A DNA stretch of 64,000 bases from the human T2T-CHM13v2.0 reference genome, Homo sapiens, in NCBI GenBank assembly GCA_009914755.4, contig CP068257.2, forward strand, positions 22,784,001 through 22,848,000. Reading direction: 5' to 3'. Under the pieces are notes generated by a model, which worked only from the letters and a program-made list of their open reading frames with translations, did not search any database and was not told where the DNA came from. This document shows positions 30,280-43,097 of the stretch, in pieces. How positions within the stretch are numbered: the stretch's first letter is position 1; every line of letters starts with the position of its first letter. A program made the translations under genes and the position numbers.

Positions 30280-30400
30280 TGTATATAATACATTTATATA
30301 TAGTTATATAATACATTAATATATATTATACATAATATATATTATATATAATACATTTATATATAATATAAATAATACATTTATATACACGTACACACAA
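30280..30400. repeat. AT-rich minisatellite-like repeat, unit about taatacatttatatata
   Basis: aatgtatataatacatttatatatagttatataatacattaatatatattatacataatatatattatatataatacatttatatataatataaataatacatttatatac. Confidence 0.8.
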
Positions 30401-33400
30401 ACACACCCACATATGCATTTAAACAAGGTTTTACAAAGCAATACTAAATACAGTGATATCTGATGTTTTCAATCCCATTCACTTTTCTTCTAATATACAT
30501 AAATTAAAAATTAAGCAACATTGCAAGCTATATGGTTGATTTACTTACCCACAGATAGATCACACTCTGAAACCTAAGGACTTACTCTTTGAGGACTAAC
30601 TTATTTGCAGAGGATTTTAAAGGAGGAGATGCTAGCAGAAGAAAACATAATTTCAGCAAAGATAGTGTTTATTATTTTAAAAACTTATATTGTATAAAGT
30701 TGGGCCATTCACAAATATTTTACTTTACCTCTCCTTTAAAAAAATGTTAAAATGTTAATAATGCTCTTCTGAATCTACTCTCAAAGTAGACATTGTTATT
30801 AATCTTGGTTGGGCCAAACAAAGGTTAATAAAAGTAATATTACACTTCTAGAGAGAATTAGGAAACAGCACACATTGCCACCTTCTCCCTTTACTGTCGT
30901 GATGAATTGTGTTCCAGACGGAGCAAGGTCTGCCATATTTAATTCCAGAATGAGAGGACACTGCACAGTTCCAGCCAACTCCCAATGAACCAGTAGAATC
31001 AATGAGAAATAAAACTTTTTTGTTACTATAGCATAGTCTGAAATAAAACATTTCTTTGTTCTGTACCATAGTCCAGTTGATTTGACACTCAAAAGTGAGT
31101 CATGAACTAACATAAAATAAAAATATTTGGTATTGGCTTGGTAGTTTGCTGAATAGCAGCAATGATGCTGTTTCAGAGTTTGGAAGAACCATGTAAGTGC
31201 CAATGAAATATTAGGGGACATTTTGACCTGCAGTAACTTGGAAAACAGCATAACGAACGTACATAGCCTTACCGGAAGTAGTTAGAAAAGAAAAAGATAG
31301 CTCTATTTGGCAAAGTACAATAAGTACATGAACATAGGAAAGAACTGACTATTTTTTGAGCAACAGTGAAAAGAAATAAAGGGAGTCCAGGAATTTAAGA
31401 ACTTTCAGGATTGTAAAGGAAACCCGCTTCTCAACCCTAAAGGTTATGTCGAAACTGAGGTCATTGAGCAATAAAGAGTAATTATTATTATAATTTGAGG
31501 CAAGGGTTAAAAGAAAATATTCTGCCTCTCAAACCTATTGTTAAAGAATTCTGAGTGGAATGAGGTATCTCCCAATAAAGATCCAAATAAACACAAGATA
31601 CCCAATAAAAAATTGACATAAGCACTCACTGTCTAGGCTCAAGATTCTTTAAATTAAGTGAGAAACGCACATTGAGAAACAGACAGAAACAAAGACAAAA
31701 AAAAAATAATAAAGAAAACATTCCCCTGAAAAAATTAAAAGAATAGACATGAAGCAGAATCAACCTTTCAAATGAGATATTGGTCTGGTGTTATGATCCC
31801 CCTCCCACGTGATAGCTTATCAGTGTCTCCTGATGCAGAAAATTACTGGACATGAGGATCAAAAAAGTGATAGATTTTATTAATCACTATAAAAGTTTTG
31901 AGTAATAAGAAATTTTATTGCACAAGTATCTTGAAGACAGTTTGTAATATCAGTAAGTTTTGGATGATAAAGTTCCAAAGAACAATTAAGGTATATTAAC
32001 ACATAAAACAACCAGCTCTTGAATTACAATATAAATTATTAAAATAAGGCTGTTTAAAAGATATAGGGGGAACAACTTATGTATGATCATGTCAAATTTT
32101 ATAAATGAAAATTTTAATACTTATGTTCTTCACCTACAATGTTGTGACAATAGTGACATTTCAGAAATAAGTGTTCAAATTTTAAGTAATAAAATATGAA
32201 ATATAATTAATATTGAGTACTGAAAGTTGATTCTCTGTAAATCGGTCTTCTCTGTAAATCAATCAATACCTGCAGCTGTCCAGTAGAGGAATTTTTAATT
32301 AGGCATTCAGGTTGACTTAAAATATACCTGCTGGGTTGATAACTAAATCTATTCCATGTTATAAATGCTACCACATAACAAAAAACTGAGTATGATAGCT
32401 TTATATTAGCGAGGCATTGGCATAAACCAGCTTTGCAAAAAGAATGTCATCATTAACGGACAGAATAATTAGGCATCTATAAAATATATTATTAGTGTCA
32501 AAGTTTACTAATATCCATAAAATTAAACTTCATTTTACTCAATATATTTCACTTTAGTTATTAAAAGTGTATTCTAAAATACGTTTAATTAAATTTATTA
32601 AAATTATGCTTTTAAAATTAATTCGAACTTTGAATTAAGATGTAATGGATGTCTTCAGAAAAACTGATCAAGTTTTGAGGTATTACGGCACTGTGTAAAA
32701 TTATTTTTGATTTTCAAAAAAATGTGATAATAAATAGCTGTTGCAGTGTCATTTTAAAACTCTTTATCTCTTTTAGTTAACTTTGGCCTGGCTTTAGTTC
32801 CAGCATCACAATAAGCCATTAATTATTCTCGGTAACAATAAATCTATGAGTAATAAAAAGGAACACATATTATTTTTTCCTGAATAATTAAATAAGATTT
32901 TTAGTTGACAGTACACATTGCAATAGCTTTTTGTATCCTATTAAGATAATAGTTCAATAAATATCTAAAATGAAATAATTTAATATTGGATACATTTGAA
33001 AACTTGGATGTCAGTGAAAACGATCAGTAATCTTATTTGATATTTTAGTATCATGTAAGGGGCATATTATCTGAAATAAATTAAATGGTTTAATCAGGAG
33101 CAAATGTCATATAGAAAGTCTTACTTATTACTTCTTAAGAAAAAACGGTCTACACAGAGAAGGTAAAAGCTACTAAGGCTAATCCTGCGAAACATTGCAC
33201 AGTTAGACCATACTTGTCATGTCAGCCTATGATATAAATATAAAACTCTTACAAAATTTTCTTGCTATGTATGCTAAATATATTTTCAAATTAATCTGGT
33301 TGCATGATGTTAGTAATCACTAAAAAATGATTTTGGGAAACTAAAAGCAGAAGAACATAATATGGGATACAAATAATTGTTCTAACAAAGGTAGCTTACA

Positions 33401-36400
33401 GAAACACATTCAAGACTACCTTCAATAATGACAGTTTGGGAAACTAATTAATTTCAGTCCAGAATAACACATATAAAGTAAAAACAATTATTTATAAAAA
33501 TAAAATAAAATTTAAAAATAACAATTTCAACAAATTTGAAAACTCCCAAAGTGATTCATAAAAAACAGCTACTTTTTGAGGTAAGAATGGTAAGTATATG
33601 AACTTTTTGACTGAGAATATGGAAGAGGAAATTAAAACTAACTAGGAAATATTTAAAATGAGAGAACTGTAGAAGGACTAAGATAATAAGCATTCTACAA
33701 ATTCTGGGATGACTGATAAACTACTTTAACTACATAAACATGAAGAAGCCAGAATCCTCGTGAAGATTTAAAGCCTGGGAGACTTGAAAACTTGCTGTGC
33801 CTGTGAGAGCATTCTTTAATCCACATACATCTGAAATGGCAGAAAGCCTAATTGGCTTGAAGAGTCTAAGCACAGCCTTTGGAAATCATTTTCTGGCCTT
33901 TAAACCACACAAGTGCAGGATATATCTCTATGGAGACATTGACCAACAATTGTACACAGTAGGGGATGCAGGTTTGAAAATTTGAGTCTGGGCATTTTAA
34001 GTGCATTGAAAAATTAAAATCCATTTACCTTCAAAGAACAACACAAAATGTATAGTCACTAAAATGTATTTTCAAAACGCCCAGTCTTCAAAAAAAGAAT
34101 TACTAACTATGCAAAACAATAAGAAAATGTGATTCTTGTTCTGAAAAAAGCATTCAACATAAAATGACTTCAGTTAGACTGAGATATCAGACTTAGCAAA
34201 CAAATGCTTCATCAATTTCCTAAATATATTAATTAACAGAATTAAAATAATATATGCTTAAAATAAGTGAACAGGTAGAAAATCTCAATGAAATCAAATA
34301 AAATTAATCTTAAAGAAAATTTGAAGTAAAAAATATGATAATGTCATATTTATTAGAGAGATCTAATTCAAATTCAAGATGCAGATGAAGGAATATGTAT
34401 ATGAGAAATATAAGACCACTAGATGCACAATAGGGTCTTAATAAATGTATTTATTGCAAGCATGAATGAATAAATAAAGACCTAAGGAATTTTATGGAAG
34501 TAGTTATAGACTGAGTAAGCACACTATTTTACTTAGATTCTATATCATCGTATGTATATTCATGGAGTTGAGACTGTAACTAATGGTACTCAAGCCACCA
34601 CCAAGCCCTACTTACTTTGTCAGTTGCACAGAGAAGAAACCAGCCCTAATGTCTATCCATTTCTCTCCTCAAGGCAACTACTATCATCAATTTCATAGTT
34701 ATGTTTCAACATAATTCAATGTATGTGCCTTCATCTAAGGTTATTTTCTTTAGCTTTGTTGTAGTATAATTTACATACAAGAAAATCCACTCATGTTATG
34801 TATCCAGTTGGACGAGTTTTGGTAAAACTATAAGAAATGTAACCACTACCACTATATAGCTTTAGAAAACTTTCTGTCTCCCCCAGATGTTCTTTCATGT
34901 TGTTTTGCTTTCAATTTGTCCTCTGATCCTTGGCCACTGGCAATGACTAGATTTCTGACACTATAGTTATGCCTCTTAAACAATTTCATATAAATGGAAT
35001 CATACTGTATGTCCTTTTTGAGGCTTGTTTCTTTTACTTATCATTAGTTTATTTTTAGAGGTTTCAAGGTTGCTGTATCAGTATCTTGCTTATTTTTTAT
35101 TTGCCGGGCAGTATTTCATTGCATGCAAACACCAAGGTTTGCCTATCCATTTATCATTTTGACATTTTAGCTTATTCCTTTTGGGACTCTCATGAATAAA
35201 GTTTCTATGAGTATTAATTTACAAGTGTGTGTGGACATACAATTTTATTTCTCTTGAGTGTACACATAGAGTAGAAATACTTAGTCATTCGGTAATTGAA
35301 GGTTTAAATTAAAATCAAAACAAAACAAAAATGACTGTACCATTTTGCATGTGAAAAAAATAACATTTGCATTTTGACAAGTGGAATATGGAAGCTTAAA
35401 AGAAAGACACCCAACTTTCTAAGGTAGGTTCTGACAGTTTATTGGATTAGTTAAGCTGGGCAACTGGAGCCGATGAGGTCTGGGCATGACTAAGTTATCA
35501 CTGAAGGTTTGCATCATTCTACTATTTGCAGTACGTTGATAGTGCCCTCAGTTAAACGATGCATGAATCAAAGTTAACAAAGTTGTCCCATTACACATCA
35601 GTCAAATTAGCTGATGAAATGGTGTATTCATGAGAAAACTTTCCAGAAGCCAAAACAGTGGGGAAATAAGGGAAAAATTTTGGAGAGGGAGTGTAAATTT
35701 TCCATGGGTCTCTCGCACTACTGCCTGTTTTCTGAGCAAGGGACATTAACAACTTTATTCCAGATTGTCTTTTTAAGAATATTTTGTATATCAAACACTT
35801 TTGAGAGATGTAAGTAAAATTTTCCTTACTCGTGTCTTTCAGGAGGGCAGATTTGTTTCCTGACCAGGATTATAAAGATGATACTCCTGTTCAGGGAAAA
35901 ATTTGAGCCGGTTTTCAGCAACACACTTATAAGGCTATGGGCTTCCAAAGCTAAGGTTCCTCAGCTGTGACATAAATTCATTGTGTTTTCTGTATCATCC
36001 TGTACTACTTCACATCAGCCTCATGGTCCTCAGGGAAAGGGGAGTAGTTGCAAATGTATGCTACCTACTGTGCTGTGAGGGAAAAAAAATGCCTTTGGCT
36101 CTAAACCAGGAGGCCGTGTCTTCTGCCAGCATCTATAAAGCTGTGACACACTAACTCACAAGCTTACAGATAAAGTAAGTTTTCAGACCCTTCACTGATC
36201 TTGACATATTGGTATCCCTAAACATACCTTCCAACGTAGAGAGATAGATGCTAACATGCAATCAATACTGGTATTTAAAGTAAGAGATGCACTTATGAAA
36301 AAGAATAATGCAATATAAAGAGGACAGAGAAACGGTGGTGGATGCTGTTTTATCTAAGGTGTTTCAACACTGAAATAGACTTAAAGGAAGTGAGAACATG

Positions 36401-37794
36401 AGCTATGAGAATGATGCAAACAGATGGCTGCATTGTTTGTGTAAACCCTCAAATTACTTCAGTTGTAAATATTTTATAGTTCGCGTTTTTAAATCATTTC
36501 CATGTATAAGCATTCTCAAAGAAAAATCCTAAAATTAAACTTAGTGAAATAAAATAAAACAGGAAATGTGATAAAAGTGAAAATGAACGAACGTAAATCT
36601 CCTGCAAAGACTCTCTGATCCTTGGAGCTCACAAACTTTAGCTCTCAGTGTCCTTTCCTCTTTAGTCCATATACCCAGCAATGGCCGAGCACCTTCTGTA
36701 TCCTTGAGGTATCTTAATGCTTTTATGAGAGTCTGGGGTCTGTCAACTTCTCCTTTTTCTTTTTTGTAATTCCTATATTAAATTCAGTAAGGGAGTCAGA
36801 AACTCATGATATATGCCATCATATTTCTGTTTCTCTTTTGATATTGAGAATGATTTCTATTTTTTTTATATTTATTCTCTGTAAATACCCTCAAATTATT
36901 TGAGGACGATCACAGAATGGTGACATGAAACAATGACCTGTCAAATATCTGTGTTAAAATTAGACTTCTTAAGTATTTTGATTTAATGTGGCCTTACATT
37001 TTCTTTATTATGAAAAGTTTATTTGTCATTTAACAAATGAAACGTGAGGTTATGCATACAGCCAACATCACATTTACATATATGCACCCACACACATAAA
37101 CTTTCCTCATTCAGAAGAACGATCAGGTCAAACTGAAATATTTGTAATATTATTGTAAACTAGGAAAGTAACACTTGGTTCATTCCGATAAGATAATGAA
37201 TAAACATAATGCTATAGTTTTCCAACTTGTCGCCAATCCTATAATATTCATCCACCTTGTGATGCAACTGTTGGGAAGTGTTACCATGTTCAAAGGTTGT
37301 CATATATATTTTAAATATATATATTCAAATATAAAAATATGTATAAGTATACATATATATTCAAAAATAAATACACATATAAATATTACTATAAATACAT
37401 ACTCGGAGTACCATATTTGTAATTGTAAAAGCATGTTGCTGTCAACAACAAATAAAGATAGATACCTAATTCTAAGTCAGCTATTGGGTAGCTATTAAAT
37501 CCCTAAGAGAGGGTCTGATTCCAGATAGCTCTGTAACTGGGTCCTCTTTGTGGTCATTCACTGAAAGAGAATAGTAAATGGCATAGTATTCTACAGAAAC
37601 ACAAAGATAAAGTAAAATGACTGAGCCATAATACATAGGAAAGAATAGCTTTAGTTTGTTGGAGGCTAAGAAGAAATAGCTACAAAGGAGAAATACTGGA
37701 AGGGAGAAAATTGAATTGGTGTCTTTTGTGAAGAGAGCAAGATGCAGTTTGTGTTATATCCTGAAGGTTATTCTGGTTGCTGCATGATAACTTA

Positions 37795-37927
37795 TTCTGT
37801 GTGATATAAGGATGCAGGGTTTTTGTTGATGTTTTATAGTCTTTTTATTGCTCTTCCTGTGTGGTATAAGGATGCAGGGTTTTTGTTGATGTTTTATAGT
37901 CTTTTTATTGCTCTTCCTGTGTGGTTT
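37795..37927. repeat. Tandem duplication, 60-bp unit x about 2.2 copies, about 98% identical
   Basis: Positions 37801-37860 and 37861-37920 are identical except for one base (gtgatataagg versus gtggtataagg). A third partial copy, gtggt, starts at 37921. The unit is gtggtataaggatgcagggtttttgttgatgttttatagtctttttattgctcttcctgt. Confidence 0.95.
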
Positions 37928-38418
37928 AAATAAAGTCATAATTACTGAAGTAAAGCTGAACATTTTAGAATTTTGTCTGACAATCGGAAAAGCCTAGCAA
38001 ACGTTGCCTAGCAAGGATAAGGTTGTATGAGTTTGGAAAAACAGGGAAATTTCAGGTTATATTTCAAAAGTAAACATGTATCTATGAGCATGTAGTAAAC
38101 CATACTGAAACAAATACTTTTTATTCAAAATCCCAAGCCTGTAATTCATTAAACATTGCCTAATTCTACAAAGACACAGATAGTCGTATATTGGAAATAA
38201 AGAAACAGCAATGGAGGTGTATAACTTATTAATCAAATATAAAATCTGAGGAAGTAACCAAACTCTGTGTATATGAGTTTGTATGTATACATCTATTCCG
38301 GAAGCAGAGTGCTTTCATGACCTTAGCACAGTGCTGGGTGTAAGATGACAAGGTGACAGTGAGAGAGGAAAGTAATGTATTCTTTAATAATTTTTAGCAA
38401 TGCTAATTTTTGTGATAG

Positions 38419-39102
<684 letters not shown>

Positions 39103-39545
39103 AATTGGCACTGCAGAGAGTGGGGTGCTGCTATAAAGATACCAAAAAATGTGGAAGTGACTTTGGAACTGGGTAACAGGGAGAGATTGAACCGTTTGGA
39201 AGGCACAGAGGACATAGGGAGATGTGGGAAAGTTTGAAACTTCCTAGCGATGTCTTGAATGGTTTTGACCAAAATGCTGATATTAATATGGACAATGAAG
39301 TCCAGGCTGAGGTGATCTCAGATGGAGAAGACGAACTTGTTGGTAACTGGAGTAAAGTTCACTTTTGCTGTGCTTTAGCAAAGAGACTCTTGGCATTTTG
39401 CCCCTGCCCTAGAGATCTGTGTAACACTGAACTTGAGAGAGATGATTTGAAATTGGAACTTATGTTTAAAAGGGAAGCAAACTTCAAAAGTTTGGAAAAT
39501 TTGCAGCCTGATGATGTGAAAGAATAAGAGCTCCAACTTTCCCTG
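39103..39545 (+). mobile_element. MaLR internal region (THE1/MST-int-like), 5' portion. It contains a 101-aa open frame that is probably a gag-region remnant.
   Basis: tggcactgcagagagtggggtgctgctataaagataccaaaaaatgtggaagtgactttggaactgggtaacagg...gatgtgggaaagtttgaaacttcctag...tgaatggttttgaccaaaatgctgatattaatatggacaatgaagtccaggctgaggtgatctcagatggagaagacgaacttgttggtaactggagtaaag...ggcattttgcccctgccctagagatctgtg...gaacttgagagagatgatttg...aaaagtttggaaaatttgcagcctgatgatg. This matches my recollection of the start of the THE1 internal consensus. Confidence 0.65.
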
Positions 39546-41067
39546 CAGTAGGATGTCCCAAGGTGTTCCAGGATTAAAGCATCAGCAAAGTGTTTTTGTC
39601 TCTTAATCAAGCTATACCTTTCACCTTAATGTTTGACAATACTAAACAGATACTTTTGTTCTACCTGTATAGGTTTTTTTGTCTTCATTTTTAAACTGAT
39701 TTAGAATTCTTGTAAGGTGAAAGAATGCTGGTTATGCCCCCCAGATTTCTTGTAATTATCTACTCTTCCACTAGCCCTGAAAGTAGAAAGTACATACTTG
39801 TATGTATATCACATATAAGTTGAGTGTGCTTACTGATCAAATAGCTCCCACATCAGTGTGATTCTAAATGTTAAAATCTTTTTAAATCAACTCATAGCCC
39901 TACAGCTTTCCATATGTATTGTTATTAAGCTTTACCACTCTTTTGATGTAATTATTTGTACACATACTTGTCACCCAGTTGTCTTCCCCTTTAAGACAGA
40001 TAACTAATAAAAATACTGGTTCTCTCACTCATGTTTTCATTAGTAAAGTAACTGACACATAACCATGACATAAAAAAAACCACCACCACCACCAAACATT
40101 TGATGAACCAATTACCAGGATGCACAAAAAAGTAGAAACTGAGTTATGTTTATGAAGAAAAGTGGTCATAGGCACCATCAAATGCATACGGGAGCATGAC
40201 CATAAATCTGATGTAATACTAATGGCACAGGCATAGCTACAAATATTCCTGAAAGAGACTGGCCTTTGGGTGAAATAGGAAGAGCATGCCAAGCTAAACA
40301 GTAAAACTCAGGGAGTGATAACACTTAAAAGTGGAGTCAATTTGGCATTCCAAATATTAAGATTCTAATTTTGTAGGCATCCTTTACCCTAATGAAATCT
40401 CCCACCTAAACTTTCTTTTTCATTTATTATTGTTGTCGTTGAGAGTTTGAATATGAGGTTCAGACTTATATCATTTATTGTTTGCATGTAGACGTCTTTT
40501 TATAGGTTTTTATTCTATCTAGCATAACTTTATCTCAAGTGCAATATTATAAAACACACTACTGTTTACAACCTATAACCTTGGTCTTCTCTAATTGATA
40601 GAGGCACAAGGACCTTCAGAGCCCATTTTGCCTTCACTCAGAGGCCCTTACAGATCTATTAAGAATTACAAGGCACAATATGAAAAAAAGAACCCCCTGG
40701 TGTATTTCAGGGAATGTCGAAAAAAATTCTCTTATATTCAACCCACAGCCTGTTTTATGTTTTATTTATTGCTAAGAAGTCTCTTTCCATATGTCTAGAC
40801 GTTGAATATTTTTTAAAGTTCCACATCAACACTGCATCTTTATCTAAGATTAGTATACCATGTTCTGATTGCTGAGGCATTAAACTGTTTTCAATTCTAG
40901 AAAAATGGAGGTATACTGTTATTTTCATTAGCTTTCTCCATGGTACTATTTGGATTATATTTAAATTGTTCTCAGTTGGCTCGATGACAGCAGAAATGCC
41001 AAGATTTTGAACAAAAATAACTAGTCTGACAGTTTCATATTCAACTTACGAAGCAATTGATGATTTG

Positions 41068-41403
<336 letters not shown>

Positions 41404-42081
41404 TTATGTTTGTACTTGGAAAATGTATCTTCTAATCCAGAAGGCCTATTGAATGTGTGAGTATTGTGTTTTATATGCAGATCACAAAGTGTAAATGAAT
41501 AGCTGATTTACACTTAGGCTGATATTAATATTACCATTATGCCATTTAAAATCAAAGCTAGCATAATTCATGAGAAATCATACATTAAGTTAACAACAGT
41601 CTGGAAACAATGGATTCACCTTTTAACAAGGTACACATTTAAATATAGTTTTAAAAATTTGATTGGTACACTGTAAAAACACAGTAACATATAAAGAAAT
41701 AGAGAAATGTGTGAAAAGCTCATAAACTACAAAAGTGCTGATGATAAAAAACTTAATTAAAAATTCAAAATGTAGATGAAAATATAAAATTAAATTAAAA
41801 GCTCTTCTCAGCCCTCACTCCAAATTTTTCTTCCCCAAATTAATCATAGTTACTAGTGGGCTTTTTATTCTAGGAGAAAATATTTTATCTGTCTACCAAC
41901 ATGTATACATGTCTGAAGGATATTTAATTTTTGATTACAAAAATGGATTATATTTATCAGGGCTCTGTTAAAAAAGCAAAATATCATTAAGTGTTGCTTA
42001 GTCAGTACCCAGTAAAAATCTTCATATGAGCTTTCACATGTATGTGCTTCCACAGTATATTTGGGGTTTTTCAACCCTTTA

Positions 42082-42388
<307 letters not shown>

Positions 42389-43026
42389 GCAGAAACAAAG
42401 GAACTTGAGTAACCTGCTCACAGTCACAAAATCAGGGTATGTTAGCATTCATATTGTCAATTTCAACAAATGGTGCTGGGACATTTGATTATCTGCACGC
42501 AGAAAGATGAACTTAAACCCTTACTTGTCTCATACAACACACAGAAACTAACCCAAAATGGGTGATATATTTAAATTTGAGAGCTTATATTAAAAATTTT
42601 AGGAGAAAATGTGGAAAGACATCTTTCAGATTTGGGTTAGGTAATAGTTTCTTAAATTTGATACTGAGAACATGATCTGTTAAACAAACAAAACATAATT
42701 TGGACTTTATCAAAATTCAAAACTTTTCCATCTCAAAAGACAGTATTAAGAAAATAAAACTATAAGCAAGGGGCTAGGAGACTATGTTTGTGAAGTACAA
42801 AGATACATATATCTGACAAAGGATTGTTATCTAGGATATACAATAAACTCTTGAAACTCCATGAGAAAATAACCAACCTAATTTTAGAATGGACAAATAT
42901 AAAAGTAGACATTTTATTAACTAAGGTATATAAATTACTAATAAGAGATTTATATTACCAGTAAAAGCATCTTTAGTCATCAAGGAAATGTAAATTTCAA
43001 ACATAGATACCATTTCATACATACTA

Positions 43027-43097
43027 TTAGGTTGGGGCAAAAGTGATTGCACTTTTTGCCATTACTTCCAAAGGTAAAAACCGCAATCACTTTTGCA
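43027..43097. mobile_element. MADE1 (Hsmar1-derived mariner MITE)
   Basis: ttaggttggggcaaaagtgattgcactttttgccattacttccaaaggtaaaaaccgcaatcacttttgcaccaaactaa. This is a near-perfect 70-80 bp palindrome with TA flanks (tacta|TTAGG ... CTAA|tagta). Confidence 0.85.

Noticed and set aside
29856-30316. A cluster of six overlapping ORFs on both strands, as a dense coding locus
   Set aside because: Overlapping open frames on both strands are the signature of stop-codon-poor GC-rich DNA, not of genes. I retained it as a compositional anomaly (see findings) but not as CDS.
30799-31251. A 150-aa minus-strand ORF in unique AT-rich sequence
   Set aside because: It has no recognisable domain or motif, no splice-site context I can validate, and low-complexity codon usage. 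A few ORFs of this length are expected by chance in 64 kb x 6 frames even at this AT content. I am keeping it only as a low-priority item for a blastx or conservation check.
37795-37927. Tandem repeats at 37795 and 60691 as a CRISPR-like array
   Set aside because: Each has only two adjacent copies, with no unique spacers and no cas-like ORFs. The context is eukaryotic, so they are local duplications.
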